Shown here in pieces: positions 10,788 to 20,764 of a stretch of DNA of 64,000 nt. Numbering within the stretch: the stretch's first letter is position 1; the number at the start of each line of letters is the position of its first letter. This DNA is from a bacterium (GTDB lineage Bacteria; SM23-31): NCBI GenBank assembly GCA_965249485.1, contig OZ252239.1, forward strand, positions 800,001 through 864,000, read 5' to 3'. The notes under the pieces were generated by a model. That model was not told where the DNA came from and did not search any database. It was given only the letters and a program-made list of their open reading frames with translations. A program made the translations under genes and the position numbers.

Positions 10788-10915
10788 TATCTTGTTTAAA
10801 ATGCAGGAGTTAAGGCAGAGATTGCTTGATTTTACCTTAATAATTTTGTATGCTTTAGTCTCTTTTATATTGGGTAATTATGTAAAAAAATCAAAGTGGA
10901 AATTGTGACGATGAA

Positions 10916-12727
10916 ATGAAACGTTTGAATAAATTTCGAAGTGAAGTGGGTGCGTGGGCTGTTCGGAATCCAAAAATAGTGCTTGTTATTCTGGCGTTAT
11001 GTGTTCTTTACGGTTATTTTCATTTCGGATTAGAGAATTCGTCCTGGATGGTTACGGCATGGCGTGTCGTAACGCTGCTCGGAATTGTAGTGCTTGTTGT
11101 ATCCCCGTATGACAGGATAAAAGCGGTTAGGATTGAGCAGAAAACAGCCGAACCACACGAAGAGATAATCTCGGTTGACAAAGAGGCCGACAGTTTATCA
11201 TTTCCTGGTTTGTCAGATACATATTTCTTTCAAAACAGGCGTAATATCGAGAAAGATTACAATCTCTTTCTATCAAAAATTCTGACGGTAATCAAAAGGA
11301 CATTTGCAGGACATACGGCGGCATTTTATCTCTATGATGTCAATACCGATTCGCTGAATGCGAAAAGTATTGTCTCCGAGGATGAGCATACCATACAAAG
11401 TGGTGACATAGGATCTGAAGAGAAAATATTCGGGAAAATATTCCAACGGAACAGTCCGTATTATTCGAATGAAAGAGATGAAGTTCAGAATCTCCAGCCG
11501 TTTTACACAAACGGAAATTCGGTATCGTCTCTTGTAGCGGCACCGGTAGTAATTGAGGATGAAATCCGGGGAGTTGTCGTAATCGACTGTGTTGAAAAAA
11601 ATGCCTACTCGGATGAAGACATGCCGCTGATTGAATCGTATGCAGGCATTATTGCGGAAACAATTGTTAATTATAATAGTCTGTCCGAGTTTGAACTTTC
11701 TGCACAGTTGTTTTCATATTTTTACGAAGTCAGCAGAGGCCTGATTTCAAATTTGAAATTCAATGAGATTCTCGATCTTTTGGTTTCTGTTATGAAGGAT
11801 GTAATCGACTACGACAGACTTACGATATCAGAGTATACTACCGATAGTGATGAGGCAAAGATTATCCGGGTGAGTGGGCAAATTGATGATTTTCCCGAAA
11901 ATACTGTTTTCCCTCTTGATGAAGGGTTGACCGGGTGGATTATCCGGAATAAAAAAACAAAACTGATGGCAGATATCGAACAGAATGAATATTTTCTACC
12001 CCGGTACCATTCAAATGAGAAAACGAACTATAATCTCAGGTCGTTTCTCGGTGTGCCGGTTAGTTACCATAAAGTCTGTTTTGGAACGATTACAGTTGAG
12101 AGTGCTAAACCCGATAAATATTCAGTACGGGATGAGAAAATTCTAACAATTCTCGCAAACAACTTTGGTGTTGCGCTTGAACGGGGACATGCATTACAGC
12201 AGCTCGAACTGCAGGCAACAACTGACGGACTAACCCAACTTTATAACTATCGGATGTTCATGCAGCGGATAGCAAACGAAGTTGAGCGGTCCGTACGTTA
12301 TGATCAGAAATTCACCCTGCTAATGGTCGATATCGACCATTTTAAGCAGGTCAACGACACCTACGGGCATCGTGCCGGCGATAAAGTCTTGATGCAGGTT
12401 GCATCGACGATCAAAAAAAGCTCAAGAAATGTCGACTTTGTATCCAGGTATGGCGGGGAAGAATTTGCTGTAATCTTAGTAGAAACCTCGCTTAAGGACG
12501 CATTATATACTGCCGAACGTATCCGGGAAAATATCGCAAACTTGAATACAACGTATGAGAAGAATGTTCTGGATGTAACGGTCAGCATCGGTGCTGTTGA
12601 ATTCCCGAATAATTCGAAAGAGGGTGAAACGCTGATTCATGAGGCTGACATGGCGTTATATGAAGCGAAATCAAAAGGACGGAACAGAATTGTAACAGTT
12701 GATTCGGTAAAACACTCTATTTCCTAA
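10916..12727 (+). CDS. Membrane-anchored GAF-GAF-GGDEF diguanylate cyclase
   Basis: Two N-terminal TM helices, two GAF-like segments, TDGLT, DIDHFKQVND.YGH, RNVD I-site and RYGGEEF. Confidence 0.92.
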   Translation: MKRLNKFRSEVGAWAVRNPKIVLVILALCVLYGYFHFGLENSSWMVTAWRVVTLLGIVVLVVSPYDRIKAVRIEQKTAEPHEEIISVDKEADSLSFPGLSDTYFFQNRRNIEKDYNLFLSKILTVIKRTFAGHTAAFYLYDVNTDSLNAKSIVSEDEHTIQSGDIGSEEKIFGKIFQRNSPYYSNERDEVQNLQPFYTNGNSVSSLVAAPVVIEDEIRGVVVIDCVEKNAYSDEDMPLIESYAGIIAETIVNYNSLSEFELSAQLFSYFYEVSRGLISNLKFNEILDLLVSVMKDVIDYDRLTISEYTTDSDEAKIIRVSGQIDDFPENTVFPLDEGLTGWIIRNKKTKLMADIEQNEYFLPRYHSNEKTNYNLRSFLGVPVSYHKVCFGTITVESAKPDKYSVRDEKILTILANNFGVALERGHALQQLELQATTDGLTQLYNYRMFMQRIANEVERSVRYDQKFTLLMVDIDHFKQVNDTYGHRAGDKVLMQVASTIKKSSRNVDFVSRYGGEEFAVILVETSLKDALYTAERIRENIANLNTTYEKNVLDVTVSIGAVEFPNNSKEGETLIHEADMALYEAKSKGRNRIVTVDSVKHSIS

Positions 12728-12738
12728 TTTAACAACAC

Positions 12739-13775
12739 ATGATACACAATATATTACATAGATTACGAATTTCCGGCTTACTTACCGTCGGAATAGTTAT
12801 TGTGCTGTCGAACATTGCTCCGGCAAATGCACAAGAGGGATTGAATCACGAAAAAGAAAGCAGTATATCAATTACAACTGCTGCATATGAAGAATTTGAT
12901 GCCAACCTGATTCCGTCACCGCTCTTGAAAGTAAATACAGCAAAAATCAGCCATTTTCTGCTCGTCGACAAATCGAAGCAAGATCTGTATCTTTATAAAT
13001 ATGACGGACGATTCCACAGGATTAAGACATACGATTGTACAACCGGAGCAAATCTCGGTGATAAACGGGAAACCGGTGACTTGAAAACCCCTGAAGGTAT
13101 TTACTTTTTTACCGATGTTTGGGAAGAAACCGATCTTATCAGGCGGTATGGAAAAATGGAAGCAGCACAGTATGGTGTCCGCGCATTCAATACCAACTAT
13201 CCGAATGTGATTGATAAACAGAACAATAAGAACGGTTATGGCATCTGGCTCCATGCATCAGATAAACCAGAACGGATAAAACAACCGTACGACACAATAA
13301 AGGATGCATTGTTGTCCGTAACGGAGATATGGACGATCTCACATCCTATATCTCACTTGAAGAGACACCGATCATTATCGTGAAAAAACTTGATTTTCTT
13401 CGGGAAGATGCAGTTGAGCAGGAGCAGGAGCGGATACTGCAATATATCGAAGCATGGCGTTCGAGCTGGGAGTCGGCAGAAATTGAGTGGTACCGAGAGT
13501 TTTATTCGCACCAATTTCTTAGTAATGACCGTACTTATGACGAATGGGTTGACTACAAACAGTTGATTTTTCCAAACTATTCGTGGATAAAGATTGCACT
13601 CTCCGATTTTCAAATTCTCAAATTTGATGACTATTATTTGGTTGAATTTCATCAAAACTTTCAATTGGATATTTATACAGATTCGGGTAAGAAAAAGCTT
13701 TATATCAATAATGACGGTGAGAATCTGACGATAATTTCTGAACTTTGGGATGCCGGTGGCGCCGGTATAAATTAA
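12739..13775 (+). CDS. YkuD L,D-transpeptidase/carboxypeptidase with C-terminal NTF2-like domain (Csd6/Pgp2-like; frameshift near 13298)
   Basis: LVDKSKQ, GDK...GDLKTPEG, NYPN..D and GIWLH; KGCIVV and W..SWES..Y..FYS follow in the next frame. Confidence 0.85.
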
Positions 13776-13827
13776 TCGCCCTGAATAGGGTCGATACCAT
13801 ATGTTTAATTTATTTTGAGGCTTTAAA

Positions 13828-14581
13828 ATGTCAGAAGAAAACATTACCGTAATGATTCTAAATGGTGTCAAACGGGTCCGCAGTATCAAGGTGAACCGGA
13901 AAAGGATCCGGTTTGCGGTATGGGGTGGGTCAGTATTTGCATTCCTTTTTGCAATCTCCATCAGCCTCAATGTGTATCAATATGTATTTTTAAATGGGGC
14001 TGAACAATTTGCCCGGACCGATACCGGGGAAGCTGAGCCTGCCGGTGAAGTGCAAGCTGCTATCGGAACCAATGGAAATAGTCAGGATAGATTTACGGCA
14101 AATGGCAGTGGGCAGAAAGCAAGTAATGGTACAAATCACAGCACAGCTGATAATGGTAATCCTCTTTTCGAAGAGGCTGATTATTTTGCCGGCGATAAAT
14201 CTTCAACTGTTGTTAGGATTGGTAGACCTGAAAGAATCGGTTAAGCTCAACGGTGCTGAACTGAATTTTACTTTCAGTATTTACAAGAAGGATATTCCAC
14301 AGGAAGCTGTTTCAGGCAGGTTTGTGGTTCTTGCGAAAACATCGGATGCAAGCAATCCGTTCCTGAGCTATCCGCAGGTTGACGTCAATCCCGACGGATC
14401 GATTAAGAACTTTGTGAACGGGGAAAGTTTTTTTATGCGCAATCTGACAATCAAAGAAGGACAAATTCTCCTCGTTGACAGAACATCGGAATTCAAATAT
14501 TACAGAATTCTTATCTACTCTAATACAGGTGAGCTTCTCCTCGGACAAACCACGCTAATCGACAATAATATGATCAATTAA
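13828..14581 (+). CDS. Single-TM hypothetical periplasmic protein (frameshift near 14225)
   Basis: ORFs 13828-14244 and 13994-14581 overlap; N-terminus ITVMIL..VRSIKV is followed by a TM helix. Confidence 0.6.
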
Positions 14582-14662
14582 ATTGGATGTGAATAACTGA
14601 GTTCGGAGAGCTGAGACAATCATTATTTTCATCAGAATTGCCTTATCAGTATTAAAATCAAA

Positions 14663-16518
14663 GTGATGCTTATAAAATCCACATATGACCTGATCTTTCT
14701 TGCAAGGAGAATATTCACAATTATCGGATTGTGTGCAGGCATGATAACAATAGTGTCATCACTGCAAGCGAATACGTTGCTGGAAGTGTATTTCAAAAAC
14801 ACGGAGTATGAACTCAATATTTACCGGATTTCCGGTACTGAGCCCGGTCCCACGATACTTATTATCGGCGGTATCCATAATGAGCCGGGTGGGTACCTTA
14901 CGGCAGACTCATACGTTGATATAGCACTTAAGCGAGGAAATCTTATTGTTGTGCCGCGCGCAAACTTTCAAACAATTATCGAAGATGTGCGGGGTGTTTT
15001 GGGAGACATGAACCGGCTGTTCAATCTTGATGAACCGCGATTCGAAAACGACCATGCAATGGAAATAGTTGAAATTCTCAAAGGACTTATTGCCGAAAGT
15101 GATATGATGCTCAACCTGCACGACGGATGGGGGTTCTATAGAGATGATTATATCGACGAAATGCACAATCCACTGAGGCTTGGTCAGTCTATTATTGCCG
15201 ATACTGATGTTTATACCATTCCGGGATCAGATCAGCAAATTCAGCTTCGAAGTATCAGCGAAAAAATATGTACAACAGTAAATTCTCAGATTGAAAACGG
15301 AGAACACACATTTCGATTTAATAACCACAACACCTACTCGGAAGAGAGTGCACACACAGACCAGCGGGGTCTGCCACATTCTACGCGCTTTCGAGTCATC
15401 ATATTCCGGCATTCGGTATTGAGACATCAAAAAACATAACAGATGTTGAATTGCTTGTCCGGTATCAGACAATTGTTGTCAATGCATTTTTCGAGGAATT
15501 CGGCGTTATTCGCGATGTTGTCCGCAAACCGATTACGGAACCGCGACTGCTATTCATCGCAGCATCGATCAACGGTCATCAGCCCAGGTTGTTTCTCAAT
15601 AATGAAACAGTGTATCTGAAACGTGGTGACACGGTTAATATTGAACATATCGAAGCAAATTATGAGCGCGGTGTTTTTGCAGATATTGAACATTATGGCA
15701 ATACGAACGATCTGGGGAACGATTTAGCGATTTTCAGTAATGCGTCAATTCTTGTTAAAAAAGATAATGCAACATTCGGCACAGTAAATATAGAAATATC
15801 CGAAAACGGTACGGAAGCAATTGGTGCAACGAACGGACACAATTCAGTACCCGTCGTGGAGCGGTTTATCGTCGATGTTAACGGGTTCATACAGGACATT
15901 CCGGCTTCGGGAACACTCACTATAGTAAAAGGGGATGTGGTGCGGCTGATCGATACAAGCCCGGCTATGGAAATATTTCCAAATGCGTATGTCAATCTTT
16001 TTGGATTCTGGTCAAAGGAGCAGCAGAAAAACACAGGTGACGACCGGAATCTCCTGATTAACACATCGACCGATCTGGATTCGAAATATTCAGTGAGAGA
16101 ACAGGGTGTAGAATATGAAATTCGATTGGAAAACGACTCGGAAGTGTTCTCGAAAATGCGGCTAAAATTGATCGAACCCGAGTTAAAACATCTTGTACTG
16201 AAATTTGATAACGGAAATATGGGGTATTTGAAAAACGGTGAAACTTATACATTCTCCAATGAACATATATTTGAAATTGTAGATGTAAAAACAACAATAC
16301 CTAACAACAGTAGTGTCCGAGTGAAAATCAACGGATTTGTTGGGAACGGTGTGGGAAGTGATATGTACACACCGATCGATATAGCAATGGAGCTTCTTCC
16401 TGAATATTCAGTCGATAAACATGGAAGGACCTTTGTGGTAGAAGTGCTCTACCGGGGAGAACAGATCGGAACAGCATATCTTATCCTCAGTAATGAAGTA
16501 TACGAAAATAATAGATAA
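14663..16518 (+). CDS. M14/M99 carboxypeptidase (Csd4/Pgp1-like; G-run frameshift at 15366-15369)
   Basis: GGIHNEPGG, VPRANF, GDMNR and LNLHDGWGFY; after the shift, SATFYAL..IPAFGIETSK and beta-rich C-terminal domains. Confidence 0.82.
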
Positions 16519-16660
16519 CTAAAATACATACTACTATTAAGGCTGATCTGAATTGATTAGACTGCTTTGTAATATGCTTCATCGGGAATTAAAGAGTGCT
16601 CGATAGAATGAAGTTTACATGCTGAATAATTAAATTGGAAGGCTGAGAAAAGGAAGTAAC

Positions 16661-16858
16661 GTGGCAAAAAAAACAAAAACATTTGCAGAAAAAGCGGCTG
16701 GCGGAAAATCTTTCAGCCAAGTCTGTCCCGAATGCGGAACCGCTTTTACAGCTATACTTGTTGTTGATTCTGAAAAAAATGAAGCGACAGGAGCATGGAA
16801 ATTTACGAATACTCAAACAAAAGTGTGCAATTGCAACGAATCAAAGGTCTACGCCTAA
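16661..16858 (+). CDS. Small basic protein, DUF4295-like, with CxxC/CxC
   Basis: MAKK..FAEK, CPEC, TGAWKF, CNC; AAGGAA RBS; GTG start. Confidence 0.65.
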   Translation: MAKKTKTFAEKAAGGKSFSQVCPECGTAFTAILVVDSEKNEATGAWKFTNTQTKVCNCNESKVYA

Positions 16859-16990
16859 AAAAACAATGTTCTTTAGAACAATGAAGTAAGCAGACTTTCC
16901 TCAGAGTCGGGAAATACTCTGCCGATAATTGATGCCGGAATGACATAGATCGTAACTTGATCCAAAGAGCGAAACAGGTACTTTACATCC

Positions 16991-18049
16991 ATGGACATAA
17001 CAGAACTTCTGACGTTTACGAATCAGGCGGGAGGATCCGATCTCCATATTAGTGCCGGATCACCACCTATGATCCGTGTACACGGTGAAATGCGGAAACT
17101 GAAAATCCAGATGCTCACCAATGAAGATATTCATCATTTCATTTACGATATAATGAATGATGAACAGAAGAAAATCTTCGAAGAGCATAAGGAGCTCGAT
17201 TTCTCTCGCCAGCTTGGTAATATTGCCCGGTTCCGGGTTAATGTCTTTTACAACCAGAATGGCGAAGCAGAAGTTTTTCGGACAATTCCGACAAAAATAT
17301 TAACTGCCGAAGAACTGAATCTTCCGCCGGTCCTGATAGATCTTGCTAAAAAGGAAAAAGGTGTTGTTCTCGTGACCGGTCCGACAGGAAGCGGAAAATC
17401 GACTACACTCGCAGCGCTGATTGACTACATCAATAAGAACATGCGAGGTCATATTCTGACGATCGAAGATCCGATCGAGTTCCAGCACGAAAGTAAAATG
17501 TGTTTGGTAAATCAACGGGAAGTAGGACCGCATACTAAATCGTTTTCCAACGCACTGAGAAGCGCTCTGCGTGAGGATCCTGATATTATTCTCGTCGGTG
17601 AGATGCGCGATCTAGAAACAATTTCGCTTGCCATCACTGCCGCCGAAACTGGCCATCTCATTTTCGGAACACTCCACACTTCGAGTGCTGCAAAAACAGT
17701 AGACCGTATTATCAATGTTTTCCCGCCCGACCAACAGGCACAGATCGGATCAATGTTTGCAGAATCGGTCGAAGGTGTTGTAGCGCAGAAGCTTGTCCCT
17801 CGGAAGGATGGTAAATGGCGGGTAGCGGCAATGGAAATCATGATCGGCACAACAGCTGTGCGCAATCTGATCCGTGAAGGAAAGACCTTTCAAATTCCGT
17901 CAATTATCCAGACCGGACAGGAACAGGGTATGCAGAGTATGGACAGCGCATTGAAAAAGCTTGTCAATGACGGTATTGTCGATCCGGAGGTTGCTTTAAT
18001 TTATGCATTCGACAAAAAAAGCTTCAAAGCTGGTGTCGGAATGATGTAA
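16991..18049 (+). CDS. pilT: Type IV pilus retraction ATPase PilT
   Basis: Motifs SDLHI, GPTGSGKSTT, TIEDPIE, ALREDPD, AETGHL..TLH and AVRNLIRE. Confidence 0.95.
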   Translation: MDITELLTFTNQAGGSDLHISAGSPPMIRVHGEMRKLKIQMLTNEDIHHFIYDIMNDEQKKIFEEHKELDFSRQLGNIARFRVNVFYNQNGEAEVFRTIPTKILTAEELNLPPVLIDLAKKEKGVVLVTGPTGSGKSTTLAALIDYINKNMRGHILTIEDPIEFQHESKMCLVNQREVGPHTKSFSNALRSALREDPDIILVGEMRDLETISLAITAAETGHLIFGTLHTSSAAKTVDRIINVFPPDQQAQIGSMFAESVEGVVAQKLVPRKDGKWRVAAMEIMIGTTAVRNLIREGKTFQIPSIIQTGQEQGMQSMDSALKKLVNDGIVDPEVALIYAFDKKSFKAGVGMM

Positions 18050-18160
18050 ATATTTGTATCTAAATTATCAATTAATAAAAGATTAGTGAATCCCACATTC
18101 TTGTGTTGTGCTTTGTAGTCAATTAAAAAATAAACATACTTAAAGAATTTTTCCCGCTGA

Positions 18161-18775
18161 ATGTCTGTCGTAATTCATAAATTATTGGTAGCAACCGGAA
18201 ATAAGGGGAAACTTAAAGAAATTACAGCACTCCTCAACGGAGCGGTAGCGACGTTCCTTACATTGGGCGATCTGAGTGAATCTGAAGATGTGGAAGAGAC
18301 CGGTTCAACGTTCGAAGAGAATGCTGTCCTCAAGGCGGAACATTTTTTTAATCTGACAGGAATAGTCACTTGTGCCGACGATTCCGGACTTGAAGTAGAT
18401 GCTTTAAACGGCAGACCGGGCGTTTACTCTGCCCGTTATGCAGGAGAACAGGTTTCAGATGAAGATAATAATAGAAAACTGCTTGCAGAATTGGGCACAG
18501 TGCCGGAGGGAAGGCGGACCGCACGGTTTGTCTGTGCTGTGGCATTTGCCGCGCAAGGCAACACTAAAATATTCAGGGGTGTAGTTGAAGGGGCAATAGC
18601 GCGTGAAGCACTGGGCATTCACGGATTTGGATACGATCCTTTGTTTATTCCTGACGGATATAACAAATCATTTGCAGAGCTCGGCGCAGAAATCAAGAAT
18701 ACCATGAGCCACCGCTTTCGTGCACTAAAAAAACTGCAAGAATATGTGATGGCATTTGCTAATAAACCAATTTAA
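18161..18775 (+). CDS. rdgB: Non-canonical purine NTP pyrophosphatase
   Basis: Motifs ATGNKGK, DDSGL, PGVYSARY, GFGYDPLF and SHR. Confidence 0.95.
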   Translation: MSVVIHKLLVATGNKGKLKEITALLNGAVATFLTLGDLSESEDVEETGSTFEENAVLKAEHFFNLTGIVTCADDSGLEVDALNGRPGVYSARYAGEQVSDEDNNRKLLAELGTVPEGRRTARFVCAVAFAAQGNTKIFRGVVEGAIAREALGIHGFGYDPLFIPDGYNKSFAELGAEIKNTMSHRFRALKKLQEYVMAFANKPI

Positions 18776-18878
18776 TTTGTATACAGTAAATATATTGTCA
18801 CGTTAACCGGAATCTTGACTTGAATTTTACATTCGAGAAGAAGTGGAGAAAACACAGAAGGTAATATTACATTAAGAT

Positions 18879-19625
18879 TTGAGAAATAGGAATAAACCAC
18901 ATTTCTGGAAAAACCATGGGAAAAAAATCGATCCGATCACCTTTACGTATACATTCCGTTTCGATAATGGGGACAATAAGGAATTTTCTGTTCAACTTGA
19001 GCGTAAGACATTGAATCTCATCAAGGACAAGCCAAAATCTCCGCCGGAATGGACCGATCTTGACCACTATAAGTGTCCTAACTGTCCGCTAAAAAAAGAA
19101 TCTCATCCCCATTGCCCGGTCGCTTTGAATATTGTCGAACTCATTGATTTTTTTAAAGAGGGCCACTCCTATGATGAAGTACAGGTGATTGTTGAAACAG
19201 AATCAAGGACATTTTCAAAGAAAACATCGCTCCAATATGGGGTGAGTTCTATTCTCGGAATCTTCATGGTAACGAGTGGGTGCCCCATTTTGAACAAAAT
19301 TCGGCCAAAGGTCCGGTATCACCTCCCCTTTACAACGCTCGATGAAGGTGCGTTTCGGATTTTGTCGATTTATCTTCTTGCACAATATTTTAATAAGCAG
19401 AAAGGGAAAGATCCGGACTGGGATTTAAAAAAACTGACAAAAATTTACGAAGATATCCACCTTGTTAACAAAAGTTTCTGGCAGCGCCTCTCACACATTA
19501 AAATGAAGGATGTCAGCCTCAATGCTCTCGTCATTCTCGACAGTTTTGCCGGGCACCTGACTTTTAAACTCGATGAGCAACAGTTGTCTGATATTGAGCT
19601 CCTCTGCGAAACATACTTTGATTAA
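18879..19625 (+). CDS. Conserved Cys-rich hypothetical protein (DUF6901-like); true start perhaps ATG 18917 before an A-run
   Basis: Motifs CPNCPL..HCP, SGCP, RYHLPF and NAL..LD. Confidence 0.7.
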   Translation: MRNRNKPHFWKNHGKKIDPITFTYTFRFDNGDNKEFSVQLERKTLNLIKDKPKSPPEWTDLDHYKCPNCPLKKESHPHCPVALNIVELIDFFKEGHSYDEVQVIVETESRTFSKKTSLQYGVSSILGIFMVTSGCPILNKIRPKVRYHLPFTTLDEGAFRILSIYLLAQYFNKQKGKDPDWDLKKLTKIYEDIHLVNKSFWQRLSHIKMKDVSLNALVILDSFAGHLTFKLDEQQLSDIELLCETYFD

Positions 19626-19634
19626 TTCGTACAT

Positions 19635-20345
19635 TTGAACTTACACACTGTATCCATGAAATCTGTTCAGACTATTCTTAACCGACTCCATTTCCTCGCA
19701 GATCCAAAAAATGTCAAAGGGATGGCGCGATATGGAATCAGCACACGTTCGACGCTTGGTGTTCCTGTTCCAGAATTGAGAAACCTTGCGAGGGAAATCG
19801 GTACGAATCATACATTTGCGGTAGAGCTCTGGGATTCAGGTATACATGAGGCACAAATTCTCGCTTCTATCATCGACGACCCTGCGGACGTCAGCGGAGA
19901 CCAGCTTGAGCAATGGGTGCTCAAAATCGATTCGTGGGATGTGTGTGACCAGCTTTGCGGCAACCTGATCGAAAAAACACTTTATGCCTATAATAAAGCC
20001 TCCGAATGGAGTCTGCGGGAAGAAGAGTTTGTGAAGCGGGCGGGATTTTCACTTATGGCGCGCCTTACCGTCTCCGATAAAAAGGCACCGGATGAAACGT
20101 TTCATCCGTTCTTGCGGCGCATCATTGAAGAAGCGGATGATGAGCGGAATTATGTAAAAAAAGCGGTGAGCTGGGCACTTCGGAATATCGGAAAGCGGAA
20201 TCTTACACTTCACAAAAAAGCACTCAGCACAGCCGAACGGATCCTCCGGAAAGATTCAAAATCCGCCCGTTGGATCGCTCGCGATGCCATCCGTGAACTC
20301 ACGAGTGAGAAAACCATCAGCTTAATTCGTCGAAAAAATAAATAG
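19635..20345 (+). CDS. AlkD-family DNA alkylation repair protein
   Basis: GMARYGI, SWDVCDQLC, EFVKRAGF and DERNYVKKAVSWALRNIGKR; start may be ATG 19656. Confidence 0.88.
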   Translation: MNLHTVSMKSVQTILNRLHFLADPKNVKGMARYGISTRSTLGVPVPELRNLAREIGTNHTFAVELWDSGIHEAQILASIIDDPADVSGDQLEQWVLKIDSWDVCDQLCGNLIEKTLYAYNKASEWSLREEEFVKRAGFSLMARLTVSDKKAPDETFHPFLRRIIEEADDERNYVKKAVSWALRNIGKRNLTLHKKALSTAERILRKDSKSARWIARDAIRELTSEKTISLIRRKNK

Positions 20346-20589
20346 TATGCCAATCCGGGATTGTGCAGAAAACTTTTAAATAATTGTAATGTTACTGATT
20401 GTTTAAAAATGCAATGCAGAGATTGCAACGTTGCAATTTCTGGGACTAAATAATTAACGTATGTTCAAATCCCGCTTTTAGAAATTGCTGTACAAATAAC
20501 TTGCTATTATAAACAGCAAATAGTATATTATAGTAATAATCGACACAAGGAAAGCACTATAAGAAAAATTTAATATAGATATAAAAAGA

Positions 20590-20670
20590 GCGCATTACGG
20601 GGTGGTTTTAGAAACCTGAGATTAAACCCTTTGAACCTGATCTGGGTAATTCCAGCGGAGGAAAATGCAC
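20590..20670 (+). promoter_or_regulatory. TPP (thiamine pyrophosphate) riboswitch
   Basis: GGGGTG..CTGAGA..ACCC.TTGAACCTGATCTGGGTAATTCCAGCGGAGGAA with GCATT/AATGC P1; candidate promoter TTGCTA-N17-TATATT at 20501-20529. Confidence 0.95.
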
Positions 20671-20694
20671 ATTGCACATTTTTTCAGGAATCGT

Positions 20695-20727
20695 AACCGC
20701 TTTTTATTTACAAGAGCGGTTTTTTTA
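20695..20727 (+). terminator. Riboswitch expression-platform terminator
   Basis: AACCGCTTTT...AAGAGCGGTT followed by a T-run, between the aptamer and the start codon. Confidence 0.85.
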
Positions 20728-20764
20728 TTGCACTATTTAACAGTATCTTAAAGGAGGTTTTGTA

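Noticed and set aside
16870..16990. Possible c-di-GMP riboswitch before pilT
   Set aside because: I could not fit the class I or class II consensus by eye; an Rfam scan would settle it.
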